Notes under the pieces: model-generated
Databases searched by the model: none
What the model was told of the DNA's origin: nothing
Seen by the model: the letters and a program-made list of their open reading frames with translations, nothing else
Shown here: positions 8,388 to 15,915 of the stretch, piece by piece
How the letters are laid out: each line of letters starts with the position of its first letter
Numbering within the stretch: position 1 is the first letter of the stretch
Position numbers and translations under genes: made by a program
From: an uncultured virus (IMG/VR IMGVR_UViG_3300014160_000002)
Taxonomy: Duplodnaviria; Heunggongvirae; Uroviricota; Caudoviricetes
IMG/VR virus record: IMGVR_UViG_3300014160_000002
Coordinates: 1-64,000 of that record
Length of the DNA: 64,000 bases
Strand: one strand, 5' to 3'

Positions 8388-8523
8388 AAATGCAATCGTG
8401 GAGGGAATCGAACCCTCTCTCCTGTTGCAGCCTGCAAGCCGCTACAGTTCTTCCCCCCGTTACTTCCAAAGCCAGACAGCCTTCGGTCTTGCAGGACCTA
8501 TTGCCATCTCGGGGGCTGAAACT

Positions 8524-8599
8524 TGGTGCGCCGAGCAGGACTCGAACCTGCGACCTCTTCCGTGTCAGGGAAGCGCTCTAACCACTGAGCTACCAGCGC
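8524..8599 (-). tRNA. tRNA-Val(GAC)
   Basis: CTTCC-CTGACAC-GGAAG; CCA end. Confidence 0.95.
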
Positions 8600-8701
8600 A
8601 AACGCATGGATTTCCCTACGGTCGCCTAGACCCCGTCTGTTTATGTACTGCTTTGCGGGGCACTGCTACTGGTTAGCTCGCTACTAGGGCCATGCGTAAA
8701 A

Positions 8702-8779
8702 TGGCGGTCCATACGGGATTTGAACCCGTGGTCTTCTCCGTGACAGGGAGACGAGGACTCCAGACTCCTCCAATAGACC
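8702..8779 (-). tRNA. tRNA-Asp(GTC)
   Basis: TCTCC-CTGTCAC-GGAGA; G73; CCA end. Confidence 0.92.
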
Positions 8780-8785
8780 GAAACT

Positions 8786-8863
8786 TGGCGGTGAGTACGG
8801 GATTTGAACCCGTGTTTCTACCGTGACAGGGTAGTGTCTTAGGCCGGGCTAGACCAACCCACC
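8786..8863 (-). tRNA. tRNA-Asp(GTC)
   Basis: CTACC-CTGTCAC-GGTAG; G73; CCA end. Confidence 0.92.
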
Positions 8864-8955
8864 GTAATCGGACCCTATTAACCCGCTCATGGGCGGAGGC
8901 TTTCGCCGGGGCGGCACATAGCACAAATACTATCCCGTTCGTATGCCGCTAAACT

Positions 8956-9030
8956 TGGTGGACCTAAAGGGAATCGGACCCTTGACCTCTCGGCTGCCGA
9001 CCGAGCGCTCTCCCGCTGAGCTACAGGCCC
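8956..9030 (-). tRNA. tRNA-Ala(GGC)
   Basis: CTCGG-TCGGCAG-CCGAG (C33); G3:U70. Confidence 0.88.
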
Positions 9031-9192
9031 ACAAAAATTCGGGACAACCGGCTGGTTAGGCTAGTCATCCGCAGGTTCTACTGCTCGGGGTCCCTTTTCA
9101 GGGGAACCACCACAGTCCCCCTTACTGAGGGACCCTGCTGGTAGAACCTCGCCACTCGTCAGCTTCGACAGCCCTTAGAGTGACTACAATCT

Positions 9193-9266
9193 TGGAGCGG
9201 GTGACGGGACTCGAACCCGTCTCTACAGCTTGGAAGGCTGCGGCACAACCTCTATACCACACCCGC
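9193..9266 (-). tRNA. tRNA-Gly(TCC)
   Basis: GCAGC-CTTCCAA-GCTGT; U73; CCA end. Confidence 0.92.
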
Positions 9267-9357
9267 AAATCTTGTGAGGACATTGACGCAGCCCCCTGTT
9301 TACGTTGACCGGCGTGTCAGAGCCGGTGTCCTGCCGCTGGACCTCAGCGGACTTACT

Positions 9358-9431
9358 TGGTGGAGCTACGGGGATTTGAACCCCGATTCCTTGCGTGCAA
9401 GGCAAGTGTCCTGCCGTTAGACGATAGTCCC
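9358..9431 (-). tRNA. tRNA-Ala(TGC)
   Basis: CTTGC-CTTGCAC-GCAAG; G3:U70. Confidence 0.9.
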
Positions 9432-9436
9432 AAACT

Positions 9437-9511
9437 TGGAGCGGGCGGTGGGGTTCGGACCCACGACCTCTTCCTTGGCAAGGAAGCATTCTACCACTGA
9501 ACTACGCCCGC
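9437..9511 (-). tRNA. tRNA-Gly(GCC)
   Basis: CTTCC-TTGCCAA-GGAAG; U73; CCA end. Confidence 0.92.
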
Positions 9512-9583
9512 AAACCGCCAAGTAGGTTCTTAACCAATATGCATCGGGTCTTGGACCGTTCCTGCATTACCCTTGGCGAAATA

Positions 9584-9662
9584 TGGTGCGCCGTGAAGGA
9601 ATTGGACCTTCGACCTCTCGCTTGTGGAGCGAGCGCTCTAAACCGGGCTGAGCTAACAGCGC
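9584..9662 (-). tRNA. tRNA-Val(CAC)
   Basis: CTCGC-TCCACAA-GCGAG (C33); CCA end. Confidence 0.88.
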
Positions 9663-9670
9663 ATCGAACT

Positions 9671-9745
9671 TGGTACCCACTGAGAGAATCGAACTCCCGA
9701 CATCCTCCTTGTAAGAGAGGCGGTCTTCCACTGGCCTAAGCGGGC
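9671..9745 (-). tRNA. tRNA-Val(TAC)
   Basis: CCTCT-CTTACAA-GGAGG; CCA end. Confidence 0.92.
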
Positions 9746-9757
9746 AAATCTTGTACT

Positions 9758-9789
9758 AAAAACAAAAAAGGCGGCTTTTCAGCCGCCTT
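9758..9789 (-). terminator. Intrinsic terminator (attenuator) just upstream of tRNA array 1
   Basis: AAGGCGGCT-GAAA-AGCCGCCTT followed by TTTTGTTTTT. Confidence 0.9.
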
Positions 9790-9811
9790 CGGGGGTCCTT
9801 GCTTGGATTTT

Positions 9812-9913
9812 CTATCCAAGCCCTCCCGAAGGCGAGGTATCGCCTCCCTCACACACTGCGGCGACCGCTTCTATCAAGTCAACCGGGTTTGTGATGGCCG
9901 TTTTCATGTTCAT
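9812..9913 (-). CDS. Putative attenuator leader peptide 1 (MNMKTAITNPVDLIEAVAAVCEGGDTSPSGGLG)
   Basis: 33-codon ORF between promoter and terminator; codons 11-25 match the anticodons of the downstream tRNA array. Confidence 0.75.
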   Translation of the reverse strand: MNMKTAITNPVDLIEAVAAVCEGGDTSPSGGLG

Positions 9914-9917
9914 CTCG

Positions 9918-9954
9918 CTTCTATATAATACTGTCGGTAGTTCAAAAACTTCAA
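9918..9954 (-). promoter_or_regulatory. Promoter of tRNA array 1
   Basis: TTGAAG-N18-TATTAT; ACTACCGACAGTATTATATAGAAG nearly duplicates the sequence at 62202-62225. Confidence 0.7.
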
Positions 9955-9965
9955 AAATTTGCGAT

Positions 9966-10124
9966 AGACTTGACGGCGGCTCACTTGCGGGCGTGCAACC
10001 AAAGCTGCCTTGGTCTCCCGGTTGGCTCCGGTCTCACATTCTTATCTGCGAGTCTCCCCTACCAAGTTCCCTTGGCTTCATCCGGGGTATCTTCGGCCCC
10101 GACTACGGAGCCTCCGTCAAGTCT
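9966..10124 (-). ncRNA. Candidate multi-branch ncRNA (~160 nt) with its own extended -10 promoter
   Basis: Terminal stem AGACTTGACGG(A)GGCTC/GAGCC(G)CCGTCAAGTCT enclosing five hairpins; TGGTATAAT at about 10134-10142. Confidence 0.65.
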
Positions 10125-10148
10125 CTCACTTACATTATACCACGAAAT

Positions 10149-10460
10149 TCAGGATTTTGAGGAAAAAAGTTTTCCTTCCTTCGCCCGGATGACATGCTCT
10201 CGGAGGTCATTCACCCTGTAGACCCCATACATCCACAAAACACCTTGAATAAACCCTATCCACCGATTGACCTTAGCCTCATCATAATGCTCGGCTTTAG
10301 TGCCGTTGGCGTAGTTGAACATCTCCTCCACCATCCACGCAGCGTGACGGGCCTGCTCGATACCGGGGTGAGGGCTTTTCGGCTCACCCTCAAGCCGTTG
10401 GGGCAATATCCACAATCGTTGGAACTCGCTCCGGTAGAACTCTAACAATTGGTATTCCAC
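10149..10460 (-). CDS. Hypothetical phage protein
   Basis: 103 aa with KVNRWIGFIQGVL, a pattern typical of small phage proteins. Confidence 0.65.
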   Translation of the reverse strand: MEYQLLEFYRSEFQRLWILPQRLEGEPKSPHPGIEQARHAAWMVEEMFNYANGTKAEHYDEAKVNRWIGFIQGVLWMYGVYRVNDLREHVIRAKEGKLFSSKS

Positions 10461-10914
10461 CCTGTGCCTCCGCTCGTATGAGCATCAAAATCTTACCTAA
10501 GTAGTTGTATTTCTGTTTCTTAGCACACTTGGCACAAAGGCAAATGCCCCAAAAATTATCGTGCCAATAATTGGTTTCCTCCAACACCATATAGCCGGTT
10601 CCCACCAGCTTGAGAAGGAGGAAAGTGTTCCTAAACTTCTGCCGGACGAGTTCCTCCATGATGTTAATGTTTACACTGTACCAAAGCGGCCACAGATGCC
10701 CAGCTTTGGTCAGTTTTTTGGCGAGCTTCTTTGCTTCGCCGGGGGTCATCCCGACAGCCCGGAACTGCTCCCGGATAGTGGGGTCAAGGAACTTGGCGGC
10801 TTGATAGGCGTGCTCTACCGAGGCGTACTCCAGCCCGTACAGATACACCGGGCAGGGGTAGTAGAAATTGGAACAGAAATCGAGAACCCCGGAGAACGCT
10901 ATATCACGCCACAT
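10390..10914 (-). CDS. NADAR (YbiA-like) family protein
   Basis: SNFY, SVEHAYQAAKF, MEELVRQKF, WHDNFWG, NYLGKILM. Confidence 0.9.
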   Translation of the reverse strand: MWRDIAFSGVLDFCSNFYYPCPVYLYGLEYASVEHAYQAAKFLDPTIREQFRAVGMTPGEAKKLAKKLTKAGHLWPLWYSVNINIMEELVRQKFRNTFLLLKLVGTGYMVLEETNYWHDNFWGICLCAKCAKKQKYNYLGKILMLIRAEAQGGIPIVRVLPERVPTIVDIAPTA

Positions 10915-11458
10915 CCTTGCCCTCCTCGTTCAGTATCAGATAAGGCTTGCGCACATGGGCGCTGAAATACGTCGCCGCCATGAGCGCTTTTTCCAGCCGG
11001 GGCTTGGCGGAATCATCAGGGGTGACACTGAGCGCCCCGAGAGCATAAGGGCTTCCGCAGCCGATTGCCTCAAAGCCATCTACCCGCTCGAATACTTGAA
11101 AGTCTCCCTCAAAGCGGAAGATATGCCCCTTGAAGGCCACGAGGAATATCCCGGTGCTGCTATGCTCATCCTGTTGTGCCATGAAGCCGCCCACATTGAA
11201 CGTCCGGCGCACCGCCTCAATAAACTCGGTTGCCATGAACTTTATCAGTGGGACCTTGGGGTCCTTATAGACAGGGGGTTCCAGCTTGTATTGAAGAAGC
11301 TGTGTCATACGCATCGACCCCACTGCTCCAATCAAGTAGGGTCCATTAAAGAATGCCTTCCTGTTGGTGAGAGTCACCATATCCTCACCATCAGAGGCCG
11401 CAGAATCAGCGCCCATCCAAACCTTTCCGTTCTCAACCACGGCTGCTACACAAGACAT
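10904..11458 (-). CDS. Ntn-hydrolase / proteasome beta-HslV-like protease subunit
   Basis: N-terminal M-S-C-V, MGADS, conserved Lys, AIGCGSPYALGAL. Confidence 0.75.
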   Translation of the reverse strand: MSCVAAVVENGKVWMGADSAASDGEDMVTLTNRKAFFNGPYLIGAVGSMRMTQLLQYKLEPPVYKDPKVPLIKFMATEFIEAVRRTFNVGGFMAQQDEHSSTGIFLVAFKGHIFRFEGDFQVFERVDGFEAIGCGSPYALGALSVTPDDSAKPRLEKALMAATYFSAHVRKPYLILNEEGKDVA

Positions 11459-11925
11459 TGCTTCTCCTTTGGGACGCCGACGAAGGCGACTTGCCGAGCT
11501 ATTTTACTCGGAGGCCACTCTAGGTTAATACCAGATAATCGGAGAGTCTGAGTGACATTCACCCCCTCCGCCTCGGGACAGAAATCAGCGACATAATCCT
11601 CATGCTCCACGAGAAACGCCGTAACCTTGGCAGCGAGTTTCTTGCGTGCCCCGGTCTGCCAGTACAGGCAACACCGAAGTTGCCGTTCCGACCACTGCGG
11701 ATGACGCAACTTCATCCTTCGCATATGGTTTGCTAAGTCGAATTCATTGATTATAGCGTAAACGGGTTGGGAGGTATCTATCTTATCAACAAACCGAATG
11801 CACTCCGGGGGGCACCCTACTTTATGTCCGTAACATGGACAGCCCTTTGGATGACCGGGGTACGGGAGCAGACAAAGCTTCCCTGAGTCAGGATATAGTG
11901 CGATTTGACGCAATTCCACGACCAT
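11446..11925 (-). CDS. Cys-rich metal-binding protein (DUF2284-like)
   Basis: GCPCYGHKVGCPP and PEAEGVNV motifs. Confidence 0.65.
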   Translation of the reverse strand: MVVELRQIALYPDSGKLCLLPYPGHPKGCPCYGHKVGCPPECIRFVDKIDTSQPVYAIINEFDLANHMRRMKLRHPQWSERQLRCCLYWQTGARKKLAAKVTAFLVEHEDYVADFCPEAEGVNVTQTLRLSGINLEWPPSKIARQVAFVGVPKEKQCLV

Positions 11926-11933
11926 AAGCTCAC

Positions 11934-12203
11934 CTAAGAGTAATACTTCGCATAACCCCGATTCAGAACCCGCAAATTGCGGTGCCTCTGCTGATTGCTT
12001 TTGAGAAAAGAAATCAAGTTGGTCTTAACACTGCGGATGTTGTGAATGGGGAAAGGTCCTGCTTTGATGTGATGCAGAAGAAGTATGGCAGTGCCATCCT
12101 GTCCAACTTTTTGAATGTCCGCCACAGCTTCATCCTTAGAGCGGGGGCAGCATGGCCCCGGATACCGGCAGTTACACTCCGCCTGTCGCATAAAATCCTC
12201 CAC
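11934..12203 (-). CDS. Hypothetical protein
   Basis: 89 aa ORF just downstream of TGGTATACT. Confidence 0.5.
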   Translation of the reverse strand: MEDFMRQAECNCRYPGPCCPRSKDEAVADIQKVGQDGTAILLLHHIKAGPFPIHNIRSVKTNLISFLKSNQQRHRNLRVLNRGYAKYYS

Positions 12204-12302
12204 TCTCAGTATACCACGTGCGGGATGGACGCCGAAGGAATTTTTAGCTTCCGGCAGCGTCCATCGGGGGGCGGGGTACGATAGGGGACTCTACTACGGG
12301 GC

Positions 12303-12593
12303 TTAGCCGAGGGTGATTTTACGGATATTATCGGCAGCGTTCCCCGCTATTTTGGCATCAAGACTTGTGGCAAGGGTGACTTTAGGAAGCTCCACCTCTA
12401 CCATGGCGATTTGACTCGCCGCAATGAGCACAAACTTGTTCTCCTTTTCCAACTTCTTGAGGAGACCCACACTGGCATACTGCACAATCGCCTGCATGGC
12501 GAGAGCCTCAGCATGTTCAGATGGGACGGGTAACTCCTGCACCTCCGTAGTACCATCCACGAAAGTCAGAACGAACTTAAGAATTGTTTCCAT
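12303..12593 (-). CDS. Hypothetical protein
   Basis: AAAGGA SD; 96 aa. Confidence 0.65.
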   Translation of the reverse strand: METILKFVLTFVDGTTEVQELPVPSEHAEALAMQAIVQYASVGLLKKLEKENKFVLIAASQIAMVEVELPKVTLATSLDAKIAGNAADNIRKITLG

Positions 12594-12616
12594 GTGTATC
12601 CTTTCAATAACTAATA

Positions 12617-14521
12617 CTACAAGTCACACGAGCCGTTGGAACAGGCGACTTCCTTCATCGCCGTGGTGTGGTCGTCTTTCTCAAACTCAGGAAGCTTCGA
12701 CCAGTCAATTTCCGGCATCTTGAGATTTGCCGCCCGGTACTCCACTTCGGATATCTCCGTGTAGGGAGCCTGCTTGTAGATGTGATTAGTGAACGGCAGG
12801 AAGGCTATCCCGCCGATTTGGTCAAAGTGCTTGTAGACCCATGTAGCCACTTCCAGCCATTCATGGTCCCGGACATAGATGGTCGTACTGGGGTTATGTT
12901 CGGTCCAGTGCTGACGGTAAGTGAGGTAGAGTTCAAGCTGTTCGATAGCGGTCAGCTTGTTCCGAGTGATGGACCCCTCGGGGGAGGCCAAGGGGAAGAA
13001 GAATACATCCACATCGTTGGGCTTCGTGACATCCGGCTCATTGGGAACTCCACAAGCCTTGAGGAATGCTCCGATGGGATTCTTACGGTCTTCCCGGATA
13101 GCCCGCATGAGGTATTCGCTAAACCTCGTGTGAATGCCCGGCGAGCAGTTGACAAGCTGGCTCACAGTGCCGGACGGCTTGACGCAGGTGACGGCGACAC
13201 TGGGGGTGATGCCCAACCTTTCCGCCCATTCCACGTTGGTAGCAACGGCATGTAGACGAAGGTGGTCAAGAAGAACGGTAAGCTCCTTGCCGTTGGTGGA
13301 AAGCAGTGGATTGTCCATAATACCCGAGAGTGAAACGCCCAATAGGCGCTCCTCCTCGGCGTTTTTCTGCCAGTCCTTACGCAGGTACCTAAATTCCGTT
13401 AGCGTCGATTGTAGGGTGCCTAGAATCGCCGCAAGGCGTATTTTACGTTCAAGGCTGGCGGCGTCGTCGGATGGACGGCAGACAACTTCGGTGAGGTTGC
13501 ACAACCCCTTCGACCGGAGGATGATTTCGCCGCAAGGGTTGATTCCAAACTCAATACCCTCCCACTTACGGCGACCTACGGACTTGGCTTTCTTGACGGC
13601 AGCATCCCGGTTGTAGATGCCCCGTTCCCCGGACCGGCTCTCACAGAGTGACAACCACTCCCGGATGAAGGTGACCATCTCTGGTTTTTCGGTGTAAACG
13701 GCGGAGTTGTTGGCTAAGGCCCGTTGAGGATTTTCAATCCACCACTGACCGTTCTTAGCGTTGCGCATCCGGTCATCGGATAGGTTGGAGAGGGATATCA
13801 TTGCCGACCGGCGCACACCACCTGAAACCACGATGTCGGCTACCATACACATGAGGTCATGACATTCGAGGGACGTGAGCTTGCGTCCGGCTGCATTCTT
13901 GAAAAGTTGGACAGTGAATTTGAAGAGACGGTCTAGCGGCCCCGGCCCGGATGCTCTGCCGCCGAAAGTCTTAAGCGGCATACCAGCCGGGCGGACAGAG
14001 GAGAGGTCCCATTGTGGAATTGAACCACCGTAGAGCAAGGCGATGAGTTGGCGGAAACCAGAAGCCCAGCCAATTTTTGAATCACGAATCTTGATGATGG
14101 TATCAACGGGGTAGAAGTTCTCGGCAACGGTAGGAAGTTGGTTTACATATTGGCGCTCTACGGAGAAACCTAAGCCTGCACCGCACATACTGATATACAT
14201 GGCTTCGTCAAATGCACGGGGGTCATCAATGGCAAGATAAGAGCAGTTATAGGCGGCGACTTCGTCTTTTTCAAGTGCCTTCCCAGCGGTCACCATGGCT
14301 CGCATAGAGGGCATTACTTCCAGATTAAGAATAGCGTTTTCCAACTCTTTTGAAGTCTCTTCTCGAATATCAGTGGGGATTCTTTTGGATATAAATTCGA
14401 TGTATCTGTGGACGGTTTCTGACCAGTCTTCCCGGCGACCCTTTTCGGGAATCCAACGGGCGTAGCGGGATTTGAAAATGTAATTCTGAAACGGCGTAAC
14501 GGCACCACTCTTCAAAGTCAT
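12617..14521 (-). CDS. nrdJ: Adenosylcobalamin-dependent (class II) ribonucleotide reductase
   Basis: YNCSY, GGVRRSA, GINPCGEI, TCVKPSGTVSQL, C-terminal ACSNGSCDL; no beta subunit adjacent. Confidence 0.92.
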   Translation of the reverse strand: MTLKSGAVTPFQNYIFKSRYARWIPEKGRREDWSETVHRYIEFISKRIPTDIREETSKELENAILNLEVMPSMRAMVTAGKALEKDEVAAYNCSYLAIDDPRAFDEAMYISMCGAGLGFSVERQYVNQLPTVAENFYPVDTIIKIRDSKIGWASGFRQLIALLYGGSIPQWDLSSVRPAGMPLKTFGGRASGPGPLDRLFKFTVQLFKNAAGRKLTSLECHDLMCMVADIVVSGGVRRSAMISLSNLSDDRMRNAKNGQWWIENPQRALANNSAVYTEKPEMVTFIREWLSLCESRSGERGIYNRDAAVKKAKSVGRRKWEGIEFGINPCGEIILRSKGLCNLTEVVCRPSDDAASLERKIRLAAILGTLQSTLTEFRYLRKDWQKNAEEERLLGVSLSGIMDNPLLSTNGKELTVLLDHLRLHAVATNVEWAERLGITPSVAVTCVKPSGTVSQLVNCSPGIHTRFSEYLMRAIREDRKNPIGAFLKACGVPNEPDVTKPNDVDVFFFPLASPEGSITRNKLTAIEQLELYLTYRQHWTEHNPSTTIYVRDHEWLEVATWVYKHFDQIGGIAFLPFTNHIYKQAPYTEISEVEYRAANLKMPEIDWSKLPEFEKDDHTTAMKEVACSNGSCDL

Positions 14522-14772
14522 AGGACTCTCCTGTAGTTTAGCCTGCGGTCCTTCTGTCGGGATTTGGAACGTCTGCGGTCATACTTGCGGCTGTTTATGG
14601 GTCCGGTAGTGAAATTGCAAAATTACTTGCAAACTTCTCCGGGCACAAAAAAATCACAACACCAATGGGGATTTCGAGGAGTGGGGAAAATTGAAGTCAA
14701 TAGTGGGTTTGAAGTAGTCATGAAAAATATTTTTTGGGTTCCGGTCACAAGCCCCGGAATAGAATAATACTG

Positions 14773-15243
14773 CTATTTCCAGCAATCACAAAACTCTCTA
14801 TCGGTAGCAAGACTGTTGGGGTCTCGCCTATCTTTCCAGCCTATACCCAAGCACTTTTTGCAGTGCTTATCCGGCTGAGGAACATGCGGGGTATCCCACG
14901 GATGGTCTTTGGGGTTGTAGTCGGGTGGTGTATCTTCCACCATCCGCCGCCCGTTCCGGCGTACAAACCTAACTGTAAGAACTTGCTCTTTGTACCACTG
15001 GTCACACCCCTTGAAGTTGGGGTTAAACAAGCAGTGGATAGCCCGCCGAATCTCTCTCTGCGGAATGGGTTCATCATCATCCTCATTCCAATCCCCAACC
15101 CAAATTTTCCATTTAGCGGAGGGAGAGAATTTCTGCGTCGGAGAGGAAACAGGGGAATTCACCGGAGAGGAGACAGGAGGAGCAGGTTTCTCTTCCCCCA
15201 AAACTTTGAACGTGTTGCTAAGGTCAAACGGTTGCTGCGCCAT
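14773..15243 (-). CDS. Hypothetical protein with C-terminal CxxCxG...CxC zinc motif
   Basis: AGGAG SD; HCKKCLGIGW...FCDCWK. Confidence 0.65.
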   Translation of the reverse strand: MAQQPFDLSNTFKVLGEEKPAPPVSSPVNSPVSSPTQKFSPSAKWKIWVGDWNEDDDEPIPQREIRRAIHCLFNPNFKGCDQWYKEQVLTVRFVRRNGRRMVEDTPPDYNPKDHPWDTPHVPQPDKHCKKCLGIGWKDRRDPNSLATDREFCDCWK

Positions 15244-15250
15244 GTATCTC

Positions 15251-15871
15251 CTATTTCCAGTTTTCTTCTTCCACGGGGGAAGCCGGAACAGCAGATGTTT
15301 CCGGTTCTTGCTTTGGTTCTGGTTCTACCCGCCGAGCCGACTTCCCTTCGGTTCGGTTCGGTTCGGTTATATTAGATTCGGTTGTCCCGAGCGGAAGTGA
15401 GTAAGTCACGTCTTTTCTATAGTTTCGGAGTTTCAAGTTGTACCCGCTCACTGCCAGTTTAGTGCAGGTACAGTACCAGTTCGCTGCCAGACAACTGCCC
15501 GGACACTGCCGGACCAGTGCCAGCTTACTGCCAGTTCGCTGCCCTTTCACTGCCACATGGTCCTTAACCTTATGACCCCATTTGGGGTTCCACAAGATTC
15601 CGTTGCAGTCGTTGCACCTGAAAAGGTGGGCATACTTGTACAACCACTGGGTGAGCGTCCGGTACCTAACCCCGATGAGTTGCGCTAGCTCCCAAGCATC
15701 AGTTGGGAAGGTGCCCAAATACCACTGTTTGAGGAGCAGGCGAAAGTAGATAAGCTCCGCCTCTTTCTGACGGTCTTTCCGCATCTTTTGAACGTGTAAA
15801 TCCCCCTCCCAATCCGCCCAATTGATGGGCATAATGGGGGGCACTGAGTCTTCGATGGAGTACTTAGCCAA
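15251..15871 (-). CDS. Putative phage replication initiator (YdaU/DUF1376-like N-terminus)
   Basis: GGAGG SD before TTG; MPINWADW...IYFRLLLKQW...ELAQLIG HTH-like region; next to the helicase; contains an 11-bp repeat array. Confidence 0.6.
   Translation of the reverse strand: MAKYSIEDSVPPIMPINWADWEGDLHVQKMRKDRQKEAELIYFRLLLKQWYLGTFPTDAWELAQLIGVRYRTLTQWLYKYAHLFRCNDCNGILWNPKWGHKVKDHVAVKGQRTGSKLALVRQCPGSCLAANWYCTCTKLAVSGYNLKLRNYRKDVTYSLPLGTTESNITEPNRTEGKSARRVEPEPKQEPETSAVPASPVEEENWK
15347..15366. repeat. (TTCGG)4 tandem repeat
   Basis: Read directly from the sequence. Confidence 0.85.
15449..15558. repeat. Ten-unit 11-bp periodic repeat (core CTGCC), candidate iteron origin
   Basis: Cores at 15451, 15462, 15473, 15484, 15495, 15506, 15517, 15528, 15539 and 15550. 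Confidence 0.8.
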
Positions 15872-15915
15872 ACAACCTCCTATCAATAACTTGAGTATAT
15901 GTTACCTTGATATAT

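Noticed and set aside
9150..9175. Hammerhead ribozyme (CTGACGAG on the minus strand)
   Set aside because: No correctly placed GAAA after a stem II, and no stem I/III arrangement could be built.
6858..9739. Short ORFs across the tmRNA and tRNA array
   Set aside because: Shadow frames of RNA genes; only 7879..8112 has a clear SD and lies in a gap.
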